Positions 40,558-43,883 of a DNA stretch of 43,883 nucleotides are shown here, in pieces. A program made the translations under genes and the position numbers. The notes beneath the pieces were generated by a model. That model was not told where the DNA came from. It did not search any database and worked only from the letters and a program-made list of their open reading frames with translations. This DNA comes from an uncultured Pseudomonadales bacterium (GTDB lineage Bacteria; Patescibacteriota; Microgenomatia; UBA1400; PJMF01): assembly GCA_964394125.1 (NCBI GenBank), contig CAYMVN010000001.1, positions 1 to 43,883 of the forward strand. The letters run 5' to 3'. Numbering within the stretch: position 1 is the stretch's first letter; every line of letters begins with the position of its first letter.

Positions 40558-41136
40558 GTGAGAACGTTTGCTCATTTGTTTCTAGTATTGGTCTTTTTTC
40601 TAGCTGTCTTTTCAGCTTACTCACAGTTTACTGATGCTGATCTTTCCGACCAGCAGCTTGTCGGTACACACTCATTGACGGCAACAACACTCGACTTCAG
40701 TAGTAGTGACTCTGCAACAGAGACAAACAAGTCGATGCTCTTCTCTATCGTAGGAATGACAAAACACGGCTTTCAAATTGGCTCAGTACGTATAAAAAAA
40801 GTTGGTGAGCTGCCTACCCCATTTACGATCTCAGTTCAACAAACTGGTGGAGATACAGTTCTCTGTCAGGCACTAACGCTCGTCGTTGCCAAAGACTGGA
40901 ACAAGTTAGCTGAAGGAAGTTTGTTAGCGGTGGAGACAAGTGATAGCGTTTCTAGCGAGTATCCGTACACCGACTATATTTTTGCAGTTTCTCTTCCTCA
41001 AAGTTCGCCAGAGTTCATGAACAAAACCTGTGCATTTACCATTACCTTTCAAACTAAAAAATCTGAAACGGTTGCGTTTAGTGATACTGAAGTTGTTTCT
41101 AATACAGTCAGCACAGGAACATGGACGGAAGAATAA
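40558..41136 (+). CDS. Small secreted TasA-fold-like protein; candidate minor or accessory subunit (TapA-position analogue)
   Basis: A GTG start lies 4 nt after the sipW-like stop. The signal peptide is MRTFAHLFLVLVFFLAVFSAYSQ, then FTDADLSDQQLVGTHSLTATTLDF, a degenerate F-x-D...S...N/T...TLD motif. The C-terminal FMNKTCAFTITFQTKK resembles the terminal TasA-type strand. Confidence 0.5.
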   Translation: MRTFAHLFLVLVFFLAVFSAYSQFTDADLSDQQLVGTHSLTATTLDFSSSDSATETNKSMLFSIVGMTKHGFQIGSVRIKKVGELPTPFTISVQQTGGDTVLCQALTLVVAKDWNKLAEGSLLAVETSDSVSSEYPYTDYIFAVSLPQSSPEFMNKTCAFTITFQTKKSETVAFSDTEVVSNTVSTGTWTEE

Positions 41137-41156
41137 TTAAATGAGAGAATGAATCT

Positions 41157-41825
41157 GTGATAAAAAAAAATCGCTCATACTTGGGTGCAGTCAAAAGTAT
41201 TTTTTTTATTACTGCTGTTTCAGTAATTGGGTACATGACAACCCAAGCACTCTTTGTAGATCGTGAAAGTTCTGAGGAAAATCAATTTGTTGTTGGGACA
41301 CTTGACATGAACGTTACTGGAGAGAGCTCCACAGTAGCGGACACGCTGACTGTAACAGGTGTTGGTGCGCAGAACATCACTAATGGCGGTAAAAAGTGGA
41401 TTGTACATAATGTCGGAACACTTCCTGGAGAACTGCTCTTTGAAGTAAAAAATATTCAGAATCTTGAGAACGACTGCAACGAGCCCGAAGCACTTGTCGA
41501 CACAACGTGTGGCACTCCAGGAGTTCACGAGGGTGAACTGGGGCAACACATAACAACAAGTGTTAGTGTTGAAAGTGGCTCAACAACAACTCCCCTTTTT
41601 TCTAGCACATTAGCTAACTCAGCCGAAGGTAGTTACTTGACACTGTGGAAACAGCATTCAGAAAAGGTGCGTATTCCACCAGGAGAAAGCCGAACAATTC
41701 AGCTCAGTTGGGCAACTGACCAGAATACGTTTGAAAATGAAGTGCAGAGCGATAGTGTTACTTTTGAGACACTTTTTCAACTCAGACAAGTCATCCCAGA
41801 TATAGCTCCAAACGCCACTCCATGA
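41157..41825 (+). CDS. TasA/camelysin-like fibre subunit, paralogue 2
   Basis: A GTG start gives MIKKNRSYLGAVKSIFFITAVSVIGYMTTQALFVDRESSEENQFVVGTLDM. It shares HNVGTLPGELLFEVKN, ENDCNEPEALVDTTC..PG..EGELG..ITT and NEVQSDSVTFETLFQLRQ with 39340..39984. Confidence 0.8.
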   Translation: MIKKNRSYLGAVKSIFFITAVSVIGYMTTQALFVDRESSEENQFVVGTLDMNVTGESSTVADTLTVTGVGAQNITNGGKKWIVHNVGTLPGELLFEVKNIQNLENDCNEPEALVDTTCGTPGVHEGELGQHITTSVSVESGSTTTPLFSSTLANSAEGSYLTLWKQHSEKVRIPPGESRTIQLSWATDQNTFENEVQSDSVTFETLFQLRQVIPDIAPNATP

Positions 41826-42298
41826 AACAAGCACTCTTTATTCTCATATTCGCAAGTATAACTGCTGTTTTATCGTACCAGTTTGTTATTTTTCTCAGAA
41901 AGACGTCACCGTATAAAAGTTACGTTGTTCAGTCTGGCTCAATGGAGCCTAGTATCCGGGTTGGTGATCTCATCATCATTCATGCTGAGCCAACCTACAG
42001 TAAAACAGACGTCATTACCTTTAAAGATACTACTCAGCATACAATCACACACCGTGTGCTCGAGGTTTCTAGTGACTCCCCTCCTCGTTTAACAACTAAA
42101 GGTGATGCAAATCAAAGTGCAGACACTGAAGTGATCAAGGTTGCACAAGTGATTGGTAAAGTTGTCTTGGTTGTTCCTAAGGTTGGGTACGCAATTCAGT
42201 TTATTCGCACACCGTGGGGTTTTATTGCAACAATTCTTGCCCCCGCAATTCTCATACTCTCTGATGAAATAAAATCGCTCTATCGCTCACTCAGGTGA
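41822..42298 (+). CDS. Signal peptidase I, SipW/archaeal-eukaryotic (S26B) type, paralogue 2
   Basis: The start overlaps the upstream stop (ATGA). It has VVQSGSMEPSIRVGDLIII, ITHRVL, TKGDANQSAD, and N- and C-terminal TM helices. Confidence 0.85.
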   Translation: MKQALFILIFASITAVLSYQFVIFLRKTSPYKSYVVQSGSMEPSIRVGDLIIIHAEPTYSKTDVITFKDTTQHTITHRVLEVSSDSPPRLTTKGDANQSADTEVIKVAQVIGKVVLVVPKVGYAIQFIRTPWGFIATILAPAILILSDEIKSLYRSLR

Positions 42299-42312
42299 TA
42301 TACTATCGCCTA

Positions 42313-43883
42313 TGGAACCAAGATTCGAACATACACAACAAGAACCGGCACTGTACGCACTCTGGGAAGACGCGCACACATTTAGCCCCGTCGAGAATCC
42401 ACGCACTGGAAAGACATTCTCTATCATCATGCCCCCGCCCAATGCGAACGACCCCCTGCACATTGGACATGCACTCTTTGTGACAGTTGAAGATATCCTT
42501 ATTCGCTTCCATAGAATGTATGGCGATGCTACACTCTGGATACCAGGTACCGACCACGCCGGTATTGAAACACAGTTTGTGTACGAGAAAAAACTGAAGA
42601 AACAAGGCAAGTCTCGTTTTGACTTTGACCGAGAGACACTCTTTAAGGAGATTTTTGCATACGTTTCTGAGAATTCTGGAATTGCCGTTGATCAAATAAA
42701 GAAACTCGGAGCAAGTGCAGATTGGGAGCGATTTGCTTTCACACTCGACACAGATGTCGTTAGTTTTGTCACCGACACATTCAAAAAACTCGCTGCTGAT
42801 AAACTTGTGTACAGAGACCTACAACTTGTAAACTTTTGTGTCACTTGTGGCACCTCGTTTTCAGATCTTGAAGTGAATCACGTTGACCAAACGACCAACC
42901 TCTACTACGTACGCTACAAACGAACTGATGAAGACTCGTACATCACTCTGGCAACGACTCGTCCTGAGCCAATTTGGGCAGATACGCACCTTGCAGTAAA
43001 CCCTACAAACCCAAAAACCAAGCACTTGCTGGGTAAAAAAGTCTTCAATCCGCTGACGGGCGTACCAATGGAGATCATTGCAGACGAGTTTGTTGACTCA
43101 GAGTTTGGTACCGGAATTGTAAAACTAACTCCAGCACACGACTTCAATGACTTTGCAGTGGGTAAAAAGCTCGGTTTACCAATTATAGTTGCCATAAACA
43201 GACGCGGCAAAATGACCGAAGCAGCAGGCAAATATGCTGGGATGAGTGTGAAAGCAGCCCGAGAAGCAGTTGTGGCAGACCTCGAAGAAAAAGGCTTACT
43301 CGAAAAAATTGACACAAACTATCAGAATCGCATTGGAACCTGTTACCGCTGTGGAAAAGTTATCGAGCCACTCCCCCTTCCTCAGTTTTTTATCAAAGTG
43401 AATGCGCCAAACAAGAGTCTGACTCATGCTGCACTGAGTGCGCTTGATTCAGGTGAAACAGTTGTACACGGTGCAGGTAGAGAAAAGATCCTTCGCCACT
43501 GGCTTGAGAACCTCCAAGACTGGAATATTAGTAGACAAGTAGTGTGGGGAATCAGAATTCCTGTTTGGTATGAAGTGACTGGGTACGAAGACCGTATCAC
43601 CGTCACCTTTTTATCAGAGTCAAAAGAACTTCAACAAGGTTTGCTTTCTGAGGTACTCAGAACTCACTCACTCAGTGAAGTTGAGAGTGGGTTACAGCAG
43701 CTATTTGCTGAAAGTACTGTACCATTTACCATTGATACCGAGCGTCCAACAGACAAAAAACTGTACTTACCAGAAACAGATACCTTTGATACTTGGTTCT
43801 CTTCCGCACAGTGGCCAGTCGTAACACTCAAAACGGGAAAGCCTACAGACTTTGAGCGGTTTTATCCTACAAGTGTCATGGAG
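42313..43883 (+). CDS. valS: Valine--tRNA ligase (5' portion; continues beyond the window)
   Basis: It is absent from the ORF track because no stop occurs before the window end. My translation from ATG 42313 is MEPRFEHTQQEPALYALWEDAHTFSP...FSIIMPPPNANDPLHIGHALFVTVEDILIRFHRMYGDATLWIPGTDHAGIETQ... followed by ...TTRPEPIWADTHLAVNP...LTPAHDFNDF...IGTCYRCGKVIEPLPLPQFF. It carries a class I HIGH motif and ValRS-type CP1/editing motifs. The minus-strand ORFs at 42287..43606 are shadows. Confidence 0.93.

Noticed and set aside
42318-42340. The sequence AAGATTCGAAC, resembling the reverse complement of a tRNA T-arm (GTTCGAATCT).
   Set aside because: It lies in codons 3-8 of valS (PRFEHT). No acceptor, D or anticodon stems can be drawn around it on either strand.

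Overview
The window is a compact bacterial chromosome segment with short or overlapping gene junctions and a few long AT-rich intergenic regions. It is dominated by cell-surface and appendage genes interleaved with housekeeping genes. The gene content suggests a small-genome, Gram-positive-like episymbiont of the CPR/Patescibacteria type; this is inference, since no marker search was possible. The content includes many type IV pilin-like genes, a 3227-aa surface fibre, a sortase, and minimal Obg and Rho variants.

Layout from left to right:
- 1..6383: a duplicated two-gene surface module (secreted beta-rich subunit plus a DUF916/DUF3324-like membrane-anchored protein), followed by an Ig-like polytopic protein. 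It resembles Firmicute WxL/csc loci.
- 6753..7505 (-): an isolated PaaX-like regulator flanked by two large AT-rich spacers.
- 8041..17724: a giant gene encoding a cytoplasmic XerD-type core-binding domain, one TM helix and a tail-fibre-like ectodomain. The ectodomain has 18 GNVGIGT-type motifs and four ~445-bp cassettes.
- 17764..18815: an apparently split secreted-protein gene.
- 18832..20366 (-): three tandem type IV pilin-like genes, divergent from a polytopic membrane protein with C-terminal TPR repeats.
- 22599..27308 (-): a sortase, rho, LysM-M23 peptidase and obg operon.
- 27348..27860: a ~500-bp spacer with complete promoter and terminator sets on both strands. This predicts an overlapping sense/antisense RNA pair, possibly a type I toxin-antitoxin.
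- 27861..30011: an orphan T4SS coupling-protein-like ATPase.
- 29997..37975: radA, an envelope-glycosylation-type cluster, an orphan anchored solute-binding protein and a VanW protein.
- 37986..42298: a cluster of four TasA-fold proteins and two SipW-type signal peptidases.
- 42313..43883: the 5' part of valS, which is missing from the ORF track because it runs off the window.

No rRNA, tRNA, CRISPR array, transposase or integrase catalytic domain was seen. All family assignments come from motifs read by eye, not from searches.
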